A stretch of 63,452 bases of DNA, filler included, from Rhabdomonas costata (GCA_019059605.1; 42 parts of 42 records of this genome joined end to end with filler, not necessarily neighbours in it), one strand, 5' to 3'; shown: positions 26,056-37,750, counted from the first letter of the whole stretch. The notes: generated by a model not told the origin, from the sequence alone. Numbers and translations: made by a program.

Positions 26056-26777
26056 CAAAGGAGAAATGTCCAGCAAGCCCAACGCGGGCTGCTCGTCCAT
26101 TTTTACGATGTTCGCCCCACTACCGATGTCCAGCACCCCCTGCACCTCCAGCCGAGTGCCCGGAAGCAGAATTACCTCGGACTCAGGAAGCCCGGAGTAC
26201 CTCGAAATGTCCACCCCGCTCTGCACCTCTAAGTGGAACATGCCTGCCCCGTCGGGCCCAGGAACATCGGGTTGCTCAGCACCTCCAGGTCCCTCGTGGT
26301 GCTCGTGATGGACCACCAGATCTTCTTGTTTCCCTTCGAATACTGCGTGCTGAGTGCGGCCCTCACACCTCGGAAAACCGTCCCATGAAACCGAGGTAGC
26401 TTGAACAGCGCCAGGATCAGCAGCCGAAGGTATGGGAACACAGGTTTCAGCGTGTTGCGGTCCCTATTTCGCAGGCGGCGGTTGAGCTCAGAGTAGAACG
26501 GGCTCTCTTGAGCATAGAAGTTGATCGCCGCGATCTCATCCACGGAGCGCAGCATTGGATCAGTGGGCAGGAGGTACTCAGCAAAGTCCACTGCCACCAC
26601 CACGTTGCCGCCCAGCTCCATCTGCTTGAACACGGGGTCGCATTGCTCGGCGTACGCGATGCACTCGGGGAGGGAGAGGTCAGGGGCGTCTTTCAAGCCA
26701 CGGATGGGGCTGGCCCCTGGGGTCTCTTCCGTGATGTCTGTCAGCCGCCCCGCAAAAAGGGCGGTGGGAGTGGTCAT
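26056..26777 (-). pseudogene. NAD:arginine-type (R-S-E) mono-ADP-ribosyltransferase with one frameshift at ~26243 (pseudogene or sequence error)
   Basis: Frame A: RLTDI..SPIRG..SL...VFRGV...WWSITSTT...FLGPTGQ; frame B: MFHLEV.SGVDISRYS..ESEVILLPG; only 2 nt (GC) between CAG and ATG; TTG|gtgtgg donor at 26055. Confidence 0.85.
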
Positions 26778-27299
26778 GTGAAGTGAGGGGAGGGGCAGGA
26801 TGTACAGTTTCCAGAAAGGTTTCTAAAAGGAGGGGGACTCCCAAGGCCTTCCCAAGTTAGGAAAAAGAACAGGGGAGGTGAAGAAGGAAAAAATATAAAG
26901 GGAAAAAGCAGGGTCAATGCTGCAAAGTTGGGGGAAAGCAGCGCAATTGTGTCCTTTAAATAAAGAAATAGCAAGGCAATGAAACGTAGATCAAAACACA
27001 AACACCTAAAAGCGGACCGAAAGCACTCTTGCAACACCACTCGTTAAGGCCCTTTGCAACGTAGCTGTTAACAATTAACCCTAGCAGAAATTTCAGCGCC
27101 CCTGACACCATTCTGATAATATTTCGGGCTTGCAATGCCCTGCCACCCACAAANNNNNNNNNNNNNNNNNNNNNNNNNNNNNNNNNNNNNNNNNNNNTTA
27201 ATTAATTAANNNNNNNNNNNNNNNNNNNNNNNNNNNNNNNNNNNNNNNNNNNNGTGTTGGGTGTGGTTGGGTTGGTGGTGGGGAGGACGGCATGCGCGC

Positions 27300-27478
27300 C
27301 TCAAAGCTCTGCACTACGGCAGAAAAGTTGTTGATCAGGAAAACTTCCCGCAGAGGGACCACCGAGAGTCGTTCCGCCGCAGCGCTCAGGAACGCAAGCA
27401 TCTCCTTGCGCAGCGAATCCAGGTCGCTCACGAGAACCTCACTGTCGCCACCCAAGCCGCCCTTTTCCCTCTCCACGT
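27300..27478 (-). CDS. Exon of a Vps52-like (GARP/EARP) protein
   Basis: cag|...LDSLRKEMLAFL...REVFLINNFSAVVQSFE|gcgcgc; VFLINN(Y/F) motif. Confidence 0.55.
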
Positions 27479-30400
27479 CTGCAATGAAACTTTCGCTATG
27501 TGTGGAAAAAACGTTCAATGCGGTTGAAGAGAAAAGGGCACCTTCTGTGCGTTCTTCCGTTTTGAGTAAGGAACATGCCGCCACGACGGAAATAAATTAA
27601 GAAATGGATTCCCATTCCCATTCAGCGCGAAGCAATGCCGGTTGAGTACTGAGTAACGGAAGCGTGACTCAATTTGAGAACGATTTAAGAACCTCGAAAG
27701 AGACGTGTAACTCCCACACCAAGTCATACCTATGATAGTCGTACGCAGTATCAGCCTGAAAGAAAAAAACAGGCCCAAGCGAAAGAAGGCAACTGCTTGA
27801 ACACATGAAAATCAAAGAACAGCATAATCATAATAAAATCGGGACAAAGAAGCCTACCAAAATCACTTCCCGATTTGCTGGCAAAAGGGAAAGGGAAAGA
27901 GGACACACTGGAACAGAAAGGTTCAAGACCATCCAATAGAGCCGACCACCACAAACATTACCGGAATCGTCAAGCAGCTAACAGCGTGTGCAGCCACAAG
28001 GAGCCCGCAGTACCGCAGAGTGAAAGCTTGGGGGCCGACAGCTGTGGAAAAAGAGGACCCCGACCCTTTGTGCTGCCGCATTTTCCCCACCAATACCCAG
28101 AAAAAAAGAAAACCAGTGCAGGCAATCAGCCGGCCAGTGGGTTTCCAGGTTCATTCGGGAAAAAAGCGCTCAGTACTCCAAAGACAGCCCGGAAACCGAC
28201 AGTAGACGATGGACCGAAGGAGAGGGAGAGAGCGGGCTGGGAGGGGGCTGTGCCCTCGAGAATATCCGCGGAGGTGTGCTCGGGGTCATCCCACACGCCG
28301 TGCAGCACCACACGAGGCAATGGAGTGGCCATTCCCTCCCTCACGGACTGGCGGTGGGTCTGCACAAACCACAGCATGCGACAGTGCCCTCTGCGCAGTC
28401 TTCACGTGTGCGAGCGTGTGTGAGGGGGGTGGGTGTTGTGCGTTTTACGGCTTCTTCTGCGGGTTTGGAACAGCGCACACTGGCGGAAATGGGCGGGTGA
28501 AGGTTGGATGCCGGAAGGGAAAATGGTCTCACGGCCTCACGGGAAGAATCGTCAAAGGCAAACGGAACGCGAAAAAGATGCGACCGCTGCGGAGGGACGA
28601 GGGCAAGAAGATGGCGAAATCCTTTCAACCCACCCATGTCCACTCACCCATCAACCCACCCATACCCNNNNNNNNNNNNNNNNNNNNNNNNNNNNNNNNN
28701 NNNNNNNNNNNTTAATTAATTAANNNNNNNNNNNNNNNNNNNNNNNNNNNNNNNNNNNNNNNNNNNNTTCCGACGAAGCTCCGCAGGGTCCGGGATGGGG
28801 GCCGCGGGATCCGCCCCGTGACGAACCACTGCAATGGGAACCCCAAAGGCAGAGGTCCCCCCCTCCCTCCTCCCTTACACCAGAACCTCCCTCTCGTTCT
28901 CGTTCTTTTGGAGTACAATAGTACCATACAAAGTCCATCCTTCATGGTCCATCCAATTGTTGATCCTCATCAACTCAAAATATCTTGTGTTAATGAGGGT
29001 GGGCTGGAGAGATTCAGGTGCACGTATGTGTCGTGAGTTCCTGAAGAAACTGCAACCATGTGCAGTGCACACAGAGGAGCGAAGGAGGGGGGCAGGGGAC
29101 AGGGTTTTTTGTCTGACATTTCAATTTAAGAGGCACCGAAGCTTCGGGCAACTCGGCGCTGTCAGTAATGCCCCTAGGTTTTGGATCCTCGGTCTATTTG
29201 GGTCTATTCGATATTTTTGTTCCTTGCACTTGCCGCTAGGCATTGGCTTAGAGAACCTTCAGGTCACCAAATTCACCTGCAACTTTTCCCTCCGATTTGC
29301 GAACGAGATGGATGTTTGCGGGACTTGATGAAATTACAGGTTCTGGAAAAGACCTGCGTCGACCAGCTCTGGCCAGCTGTAGGCCCAGCCCAAGATTCGG
29401 CTGGAGTGAGGCTCCAGGTCCGCCCCGCAGGGGTGCCGCAGCACAGCCAAGACGGCCTCAACCCCAGCAAGGCTAAGTGCAGGACGGCATTGCGCCATTG
29501 CCCTCAGCAACCCAAGAGCCCGCTGCGTTGTTTGTGCGACTGTGTGTTTGCGTGTGTGTTAAGGGCACAGTTGGCTGATGCGGGGGCAGGTGCCTCGAGC
29601 CTCCGTCCGTCCCTTGCCCTGAGCCTGTGTGCTGCTCACCTTCTCCAGAATGAGTGTTGACATGGAAATACAACAATCACAGATGGATAGGTATTCTGGG
29701 TCAGGGTATTGAAACAGCCGCCCTACCTCAAGATGAACGGCACGAGCCAGATCACACTGCTCAAAAAGACTGATCGCACCCCCAAACACATATTGCTGCA
29801 TCATATGAAACCCGACTTTTCCAGCACCCCGGCGCTCATTCAGGGCGCATAGCGCGAAGCAGAACACTTTCTAGGACGTTTTTGTCTATGGCTACACCCA
29901 GAGAATTTACGGTCAAAGTTTCTCGATGTGATTGACGATTGTTTTCGAGCGGGGTTCCGCCAAATATAATGCTGAGGTGCGGTTCTTCACATTTGCCCAT
30001 TCTGCGCCCATTCTTTGCTCAGCACATCTCCATCCATACTTTCTTCTTTTCTTTTGTCTCTGAACTTCGTCTCCGCAACCACGCAACTAGAAGGAAGACC
30101 TCCCCTCTCATATATATTCCTGGCTTCGCGCTTTTTCGGTCTCCATTTGTTTCAATGCCATGGAGTTTTCCCCACCCACACNNNNNNNNNNNNNNNNNNN
30201 NNNNNNNNNNNNNNNNNNNNNNNNNTTAATTAATTAANNNNNNNNNNNNNNNNNNNNNNNNNNNNNNNNNNNNNNNNNNNNGAGACTGTTGGCTGCCCCA
30301 TAGTTTTTTTTTCGTGAATATAGACTAATCTCTCTTGTGCTTCCTTCACGTATCTGGTCACTGTTTGGTCAGGAAGGCCTTTGTCGGGCGAAGTGGGTTT

Positions 30401-30712
30401 TGGCGCAGGTTGAACCTGTGAACGCTTCGTTTGCCATTTGGATTGCGAGCGTCCTGAGCCTGAGACCAGTCTCTGTTTGAGCGTCTTGTTACGTCTCCAC
30501 ATTTTACTTCTCTGCTGTCCTTGTCATATTTTACAGCCTCACCCCATTTCCCTGCAAGTTCAGGAGGACTCGCCCCCTCCTTTTGTTTGTCCCCCTCTGA
30601 CTCCCCTCTGCTTTTGTGCCCCTTTGCTGTGTGGTGTGCGGGACCCGGCAAAGGGAAAACAGCCCACGCCTGAAGGGATTTCCATCCATCCCCTACCTCT
30701 TCGATCGCGCCA

Positions 30713-31480
30713 ATGGTGCTTCTCCACTGCAAAGTTGTTGTTGTCGGTGTGCTGCGTGAAGCTTGCTTGGCCTCGCCGACGAGAGCGTTGCCGCGTTTTC
30801 GCGTTGTTCGCTCATTTTCCTTTCTGGGTGTGTATTGACGCTGTTATCTGCTCCCCTGAGATGAGACACCGGTGAAGGCGAAAGGAAGCAAGGAAGGAGA
30901 TTGCGCATTCACACGCTGTGCACTGATACAAGGAAGCGCGAATTTAGTGACAGCAGCAGTCGCAGCAACAGGTCCTGAGAGTGCCAGGCTGCTCTGGTTG
31001 AGGGGGCGGGGGCAGTTTCTTTTCCTCATTTTTCCGCTCCCAACTCTCAGGGGATGCAATGGTTGGAAAGTCTGCAATGATCCAGATGTTTTCCACGAAC
31101 GGCGCCACCTTTGCCCGGAATTACCTTATGGTACTCCTTTCCTCCCCACGGTTCCTCTCCCTGTGCCACTCCGCCAGCCCTCTTTTTCCCTCGCATTGGG
31201 TTCCGCATCAGTCGTGCATTTTAATTTCTCGCCTATGTGCGAATGGGCAGCCCGGCATTGGATGAGAAGTTCGAGTAAATTTGGTTAGCATTGTGCGATG
31301 CGTTCAGCTTCTGCTATGCAAAGATGCGGGTGGGTCATATCTCAATTTTCCTTCGTTCAGACACTCGGGGCGGACTATTGTGTGAAAGAGGTCCCTGTGG
31401 ACGACACGAACACCGTGGTAGAGATGAACATCTTCGATCTTAGTGGGCAGGAGCTCTACAGCCGAATGCTGGAGGGCTAC
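30713..31480 (+). CDS. IFT27: Intraflagellar transport protein 27 (RABL4), 5' part; exons 30713-30746, 31051-31130, 31361-31480
   Basis: MVLLHCKVVVVG|DAMVGKSAMIQMFSTNGATFARNYLM|TLGADYCVKEVPVDDTNTVVEMNIFDLSGQELY; GT-AG introns keep frame; G1 plus 'F.s.G..F...Y.mT.G' is IFT27-like. Confidence 0.9.
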
Positions 31481-32706
31481 GTACGTGCGGGGAGAAGGGA
31501 GGACGAATGTTCTCGGCAACACCTCTGCACTCTTTAATACTTCCAACCACGTGACGGTTCTGAGCAACCGCTGTGGCAGTGGTGATGTGTGTGGTGGTGG
31601 GGTGGCTATCAGGCTACAACTCCTGCTATGGTGGTGGCATCTTTTAAAGTCGTTGCCCTGGTTTCAAAGACTGTGCCCACCGTACCCCAACACCNNNNNN
31701 NNNNNNNNNNNNNNNNNNNNNNNNNNNNNNNNNNNNNNTTAATTAATTAANNNNNNNNNNNNNNNNNNNNNNNNNNNNNNNNNNNNNNNNNNNNGGGGTG
31801 CCCGTTGCCTCGGGGCATATCGGTAGTTTGTCATAGGGAGTTCATTGTTGCCGGGACGAATTTTCAACATTGACGTATTGGGGTGAAAGGGGGGGGTTCA
31901 ATATGTTTTGCAAAACGTTGTGGTTCCCTCAGGTTGCCCATTGCTCCATTTGAGTCAGACCAGGGCTCGTGGAATCGGGGTGCCCGTTGCCTCCGGTGGC
32001 TTCTACCAAGGCTTGTCCGCGTTGGAGAAGCTCAGGCGAAAGCAAAAGAGACAAGGGCCGAAGAACCCCAGAAGCGGCACAATGCAGCAGCAGCAGATGA
32101 TGATGATGACCCTCCGAAGGTTGGAAGGGTGTTTGTTGCCCCCGGACCCAGATGGTGAGGAGTCAGTGGTGGAGTGAGTGACTCTGTTGTTTCCGTTTTG
32201 CATTTTCTTCAGTTTCCAAGGGGAAAAGGAATCGAAGAGAAATTTGGTAATTTTGTGGTTTTGGGTTTTGATAAGGTGTGTGTATAAGTGTTCAAATCTC
32301 TTTTATATACCTTTAGTGTTTGTGTATTCTTTAATTCGTTCACCCCCTACAAAATAACAAGCACAGCACGAGATTGCATCCACTGCATCTGTACTGACGC
32401 TGATCCAGCCACAATTCCATTAGAGGTCATGCTGGTCATTCTGGGCTAGGGCTAGAACCTGCAAAATAAAACCAGGAAATCACATTTGAAGCTTGAACCT
32501 CGGCCAAAACAGAACTTTCTAGTGCTCAAAAGTATTGTTGTCATCTTTCCCAACGTTTCCAAGATCCCGCCAAACGACTGGAACCAGTGCAAAGTGTTAC
32601 GGGCCCTGAGATCTCACACAACGTCAGAGGAGGTCCGCTGTGACATGACGGCAGCGATGAATCCGACCCACGCATCCACCCAACTCCACCCCCCAAGCGC
32701 CAGCGT

Positions 32707-32806
32707 TCAGTCCTCCGCGTTGGGCTTGTCCTCGGGGTCCTCCTTGATGTCCTCCTCTTCCTCCTCGTCCTCCGGGACTCCACGCACGTACAGAACGTTG
32801 TTGCAT
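32707..32806 (-). CDS. SNRPF: Last exon of snRNP core protein SmF
   Basis: cag|(R)CNNVLYVRGVPEDEEEEED...* (TGA) matches the SmF C-terminus RCNNVLYIRG plus acidic tail; not present in the supplied ORF track. Confidence 0.88.
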
Positions 32807-33851
32807 CTGTTTTGTTCACGTCGGGACGATTCTATCCGCACTAGTGACACACAATAATTAGCCTTTGAGGCAACAAAAAACGTGCCCCTTCATGGGTTTT
32901 TCCGAGTGTACGTTATTAGAAGCAAAATAACAACATCCAGGCCTGCGGGCACAAACGCAGGAGGGGAGAAGGTGGGACTATGCTGACACCGGAGAATCCA
33001 TTAAAAAATAACGAGCCACCAACCACCAGCAGCACAGGTTCATAGAACATCCCCTGGACAGCCAAAGTCCCTAGCGGATGTTCATTGGGAGCTAGCTAAG
33101 TAGCTGGGCGTTAAACGTTAACACAGTAAAACGTTAACGCCACCCCATACAACAACCTCCACCACAGTATCGCAGCCGCCGTGGTAATGGCTGCAAAATA
33201 AAAAACAAANNNNNNNNNNNNNNNNNNNNNNNNNNNNNNNNNNNNNNNNNNNNTTAATTAATTAANNNNNNNNNNNNNNNNNNNNNNNNNNNNNNNNNNN
33301 NNNNNNNNNGGGGTGTTGGAGTAACGCCATTAGGACGGAAAAAGGCAGCACAGTGGACCCCGTGCGGGAATGAATATGTGCGACCAAAACCAAAGGCTTC
33401 GTTCCAGTGCTTGGGCTAGGTTATTGCACGAGCACAAGGAAGGCCAATCTACCGTTTACCATTCCATGAATTAAGCCTCCGAACAGGAGTGACGTTCAGA
33501 GGTCTTTGCGTGGGAAGTCAGGGAGTCCGGTGTGTATGGTTTCTTTGCTGTCCCAGTAGGGCATGCCAGGACCAGACATAAAAACAGAACACAGTATTTC
33601 CTATCTCTTTAAAAAAACACGGACAGCATTGTCGAAAAAAATTGTTCAACTGAGCAGGCAGGGAAGAGGGAAGAGGAAGGAAGGAAGGAAGAGTATGAAA
33701 ACGTGAAAAAAGGAAAATAAAGTCGATTGGTGAGGGGTGAGGCGGCGCATGAGTATGTAATAGGTGCGTGTGTGGGTGTGCGGAGCATTGGGGAGCGGAT
33801 ATGTCGATTGCCTATCACCCCACCACCGATCCCCACCACGAAAAGGCCTAC

Positions 33852-34549
33852 CCTAGAGTGAAGAGTTGGCCCCGGGCGGTCACCGCCAGGGCCTCGCCTT
33901 TCGGGTGCAGGCAGTAGTGCGACAGCGAGGCCTCCCCGCGGAGCACCCTTGGGACGCAGCGGGGCAGCCCACTGCTGGCCTGGCAAGGCAACAACACAAC
34001 CTCGCCAGTATCCACATCACAGCGGTACAACACTCCACCTAAAGGAGAGAGATGCAGGGAGGGAGGGAGGGCGGATATGCTTCAGCTTCAGTTATTTTGG
34101 GCGCGGGTATCGCTGCGGAGGCTGGGGAAGGAAGGCTTTCTGGTCGTGAAATCAGAAACGTGGAGGCTGCGACTCAATGGGGAGAGGAAGAGTTGTTTGG
34201 CCTAAGGGTTGCGTCATTTTCAGAAGGGAAGAGCGAAAAAGGACGCCACTCTCCTTCCGACTCGTCCACGCAATCGAGCAATCGAGAACCGTTGGAGAAA
34301 GTCTCTTCAAGATAAAAAATGCTCCTTCGAGACTTTTTTACAGTAGATAAATGGCACACCTGCCTGGAACACTACCACGCGGCCATCCGAGGAGGGCTGG
34401 CGGGCATAGAACGGCAGCCCTGAGGTCACGCGCTGCAATCCGGAACCGTCTGGGCGGCAGCGGTACAGGTCCCCGGAGGCGTGAGGCCCGCCATCGGAGA
34501 CGAAGTAGAGCCATTCCCCAACCCACAGCGGGGACCCCAAATTAGCTTC
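33852..34549 (-). CDS. Tricorn-protease-like (S41) N-terminal beta-propeller; exons 34549-34360 and 34038-33852
   Basis: Spliced: NLGSPLWVGEWLYFVSD...GDLYRCRPDGSGLQRVT...FYARQPSSDGRVVVFQAG|GVLYRCD...LHPKGEALAVTARGQLF; parallels tricorn 'SPM..g.riYFlSD..G.gnlys...G.dlrrhT...yy.R..stDG.rivf..aGd...alv.RG.af'. Confidence 0.8.
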
Positions 34550-34977
34550 CTGAGTGAGGCACACTTCCTTCCTTCCTTCCTACTTACGGAGAAGTGGTCC
34601 AAGTTCATCCAAACATACAGCAATCCATGGTGTCGCCGCTTCAAACAAACAGAAAATCAGCTCATTCCTCATTCTTTTGCTGCTGCTGCAATGCCTTTTA
34701 CCCAACAGCCTTCACCCCCCACCNNNNNNNNNNNNNNNNNNNNNNNNNNNNNNNNNNNNNNNNNNNNTTAATTAATTAANNNNNNNNNNNNNNNNNNNNN
34801 NNNNNNNNNNNNNNNNNNNNNNNTTTTTTTGTGGGTAGGAGAAACATGAGAGAATGGGAGCACCACACGATGAACCTCAAAAACACACCAAAAAGATCAA
34901 TATCACATGCTTGATGTTTATCATTCCTTCAGGGAAAAGAAGTGCAACCAAAAGGAGGGGAGATGGAGCTGAAACCA

Positions 34978-36042
34978 TCATACACGCAATAAAGTGAGCT
35001 TTGTGAAAAATGGAGAGGCCTCAAGTGCTTGTCTTCCCGCATCGCCAATCTGATTGTGGCTCACATTCAAGGAGGTCAGGTTGGGGAAGGAAGACGAAGC
35101 TGCCAATGCTTTCACTCCCGAAGCCCCGGTTTGATTACCGCTCACATCCAAGGATGTCAGGTTGGGGAAGAAAGAAGAAGCTGCAAACGCTTGCATTCCC
35201 GCAATCCCGATCCAACTTCGGCTCACATCCAAGGAGGTCAGATTGGGGAAAAAGGAGGAGGCGGCCAACGCTTGCATTCCCGCAATCCCGATCCGATTAT
35301 CGCAGACACACAAGGTGGACAGGTTGGGAAAGAAAGAGGAAGCTGCGAGTGCTTGCATTCCCGCGTTTCTGATTCCATTGCAGCTCACATTCAAGGAGGA
35401 CAGCTTGGGGAAGAAAGAGGAAGCTGCGAAAGCTTGCATTCCCGCGTCGCTGATTCCATTGCAGCTCACATTCAAGGAGGACAGGTTGGGGAAGAAAGAG
35501 GAAGCGGCCAAGGCTTTCATTCCATCTTCGCCGATCAGATTAAAGGTCACAGTTAGAGAAGACAAGTTGGGGAAATAAGAGGAAGACGCAAATGCGTGCA
35601 TTCCCTCATACCTGATCTGATTACAGGTCACATCCAAGGAGGTGAGGTTGGGGAAGAGAGCGGAAACTGCTAAGGCTTGCATTTCCTCATCCTCGAGGTT
35701 GTTGCCTCGCATATCCAGAGATTTGAGGTTGGGGAACAAGCATGGAGAATGCATCGCCATTTCAGCTCCGATCCCAAGCAAGGGCTCCAAGACAACCTTA
35801 TTTATCACCTGAATCACACCGGCGGAGCGAACCAGCCGCAACCTGTGAGGCACATTAGGCTCTCTGAGATCACTAGGGGTGTTTGGGAGGGGGAGCACAA
35901 TCTCCCATCCTGCGGCAAGAATCTCATCAACCAGCAGTTGAAACTTCTTGCAAACTAGACGCAGGCTGAGGTGCAGGTTTCGCCCCAGAAACCGAAAGCT
36001 GTAGATCATTGTGTCCTCAAAAAGAGGAAGGGACGACATCAT
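34978..36042 (-). CDS. Intronless F-box-like plus leucine-rich-repeat protein (nine 27-aa repeats)
   Basis: Open 376-codon frame; N-terminus LPLFEDTMIYSFRFL...LRLVCKKF is F-box-like; repeats FPNLtSLdVsxNxIgxaGMqAlAaSsf; polypyrimidine-cag lies 7 nt before the ATG at 36042. Confidence 0.92.
   Translation of the reverse strand: MMSSLPLFEDTMIYSFRFLGRNLHLSLRLVCKKFQLLVDEILAAGWEIVLPLPNTPSDLREPNVPHRLRLVRSAGVIQVINKVVLEPLLGIGAEMAMHSPCLFPNLKSLDMRGNNLEDEEMQALAVSALFPNLTSLDVTCNQIRYEGMHAFASSSYFPNLSSLTVTFNLIGEDGMKALAASSFFPNLSSLNVSCNGISDAGMQAFAASSFFPKLSSLNVSCNGIRNAGMQALAASSFFPNLSTLCVCDNRIGIAGMQALAASSFFPNLTSLDVSRSWIGIAGMQAFAASSFFPNLTSLDVSGNQTGASGVKALAASSSFPNLTSLNVSHNQIGDAGRQALEASPFFTKLTLLRV
35000..35740 (-). 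repeat. 81-bp tandem coding repeat (LRR array)
   Basis: ttggggaa recurs at 35081, 35162, 35243 ... with an 81-bp period. Confidence 0.95.
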
Positions 36043-37524
36043 CTCGCTTCTGTCAGCAAGGGAAAGAAGGCTGTGAAGAAAAAAGGAGATTCGCCCTGAG
36101 ATCTCCATGACAAACTTACCACCACTTTCAAACCTCCCTAACGAGACCTCTTATTAGTCTGCCTTTGTGGACCCATCAGTTTAGACAACCACTCACTTGC
36201 GACTTGCACCGGAGAGCAGGAACCTGCCATCCAACCCNNNNNNNNNNNNNNNNNNNNNNNNNNNNNNNNNNNNNNNNNNNNTTAATTAATTAANNNNNNN
36301 NNNNNNNNNNNNNNNNNNNNNNNNNNNNNNNNNNNNNTTGAGCGTCAAAGAGAGGCCAATGCACAAGATAAATGGACAATAGCAGTTCCATTTGTTCCGG
36401 CGACTGCCGCAGGGATTACAACAACTGCCTCGGAAGTAAAAGCCGGACAACAAAGTCGAAGAACTACCAGAAGCAGCAGCAGCATAAGAAGAAGAAGAAA
36501 AATAAGAAAACACCTTACAATTACTGCAGAAGGTTATAGTTTTGGATGTTTTGCATTTGTTGCCGTAACAAGTGCCGTGGACATTCTGATGCAGAGACTC
36601 CATTTGTTTACCTTTTGCGTCTTTACTGATCACATGGAAAAGTTAAAAAACAAATTTGGTATTTTTGTGATTATGCTTTCTTATGCGCAAGTGTGTGTGT
36701 GTTGAAATCTAGTATATGTGGTCAACACTCAACGTGGAGGTCGCCGATACAAACACGCTGATGTTACATCCAAACGTGTATAGGTCTCCGCATCAACCCA
36801 CGTAACCATTTTTCTCACCACAATCCTCCATTCTGTGACCGCCAGCGTGGAATGTTTTTTGATGTTGGTGCTGTGGTCTTACAGGCTCCAGCGTTATCCT
36901 TTGTGTCATGGCAACCAGCGATATCAGAGTAATGTGTGATGGCAATACATGTAGATGATGCCGGCCATAACATGATGTCGTAGAGTGAGAAATGCTGGTC
37001 ACATATCGTAGTGTTTACACTAAGCTAGATGTCAATACCTGGTGATGTGGTAGACTGGCTGCATGAAGTCTTCTATGTGTGAGAAACAGAAACAACCCGT
37101 GATGATTATCTGATGCCTAAAATGTCAAAATGATTCTACATGCGCCACTGCGTCTCAGCATGCCACGTAACCCCGCTACCTCTTAAGCATAAACCAACCC
37201 AACTCAACCACAAACCCAATGATGGAGTTTGCAAAGTGGAGGACAACCAGTCTGTTTGGTGAGAGGTGGTACATTAGCGTGGCGGAGTAAAATAGAGAGA
37301 ACCATGGTACAGTGATAACAAAGCTTTTGATTCAAAAACCACGACAGGAAGGATACACTCATTTCAGCTCCGAAGCCTTTATCTTTCCTAACGCTACGAT
37401 TTTCATACTTACCGCAACAGGTTTCACCAGGATGAGTGGTCATGTGATTCATATGCGTAAGCACGCTATCCTAAGATCTTTCAGTCTTCTGGAGTACGCG
37501 CCGCTAACTCCCTTCCCGTTCCGG

Positions 37525-37750
37525 TCGATGATCGACAGGACCATTGAATCTGTCGATGAGGCTTGGGACTTCGTCACCCAGCGTGACTCTGGGATCTCTG
37601 TGATGACGGAAGACGGCGCTCCACTTGAATTGACCCTCGGACCGAAGGGGTGGTCCAAGATGGGAAAGGGCTACACTCGAGCCCAAGTCGCAGAACTCCT
37701 GACCTACCTGATCGAGCACAACTACGTCAACGTGGGCGGTCGGGTTCTGC
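37525..37750 (+). mobile_element. Penelope-like element reverse-transcriptase fragment
   Basis: YTRAQVAELLTYLIEHNYVNVGGRVL at the contig end matches the PLE/TERT-type segment that precedes QxxGxPMG. Confidence 0.6.

Noticed and set aside
31795..31993. 17-bp direct repeat ggggtgcccgttgcctc (31795, 31977) as LTR or att sites
   Set aside because: Only two copies, one at the contig edge, with no associated element features; likely a local duplication
35010..35578. Plus-strand repetitive ORFs over the LRR gene
   Set aside because: Antisense shadows of the 81-bp coding repeat
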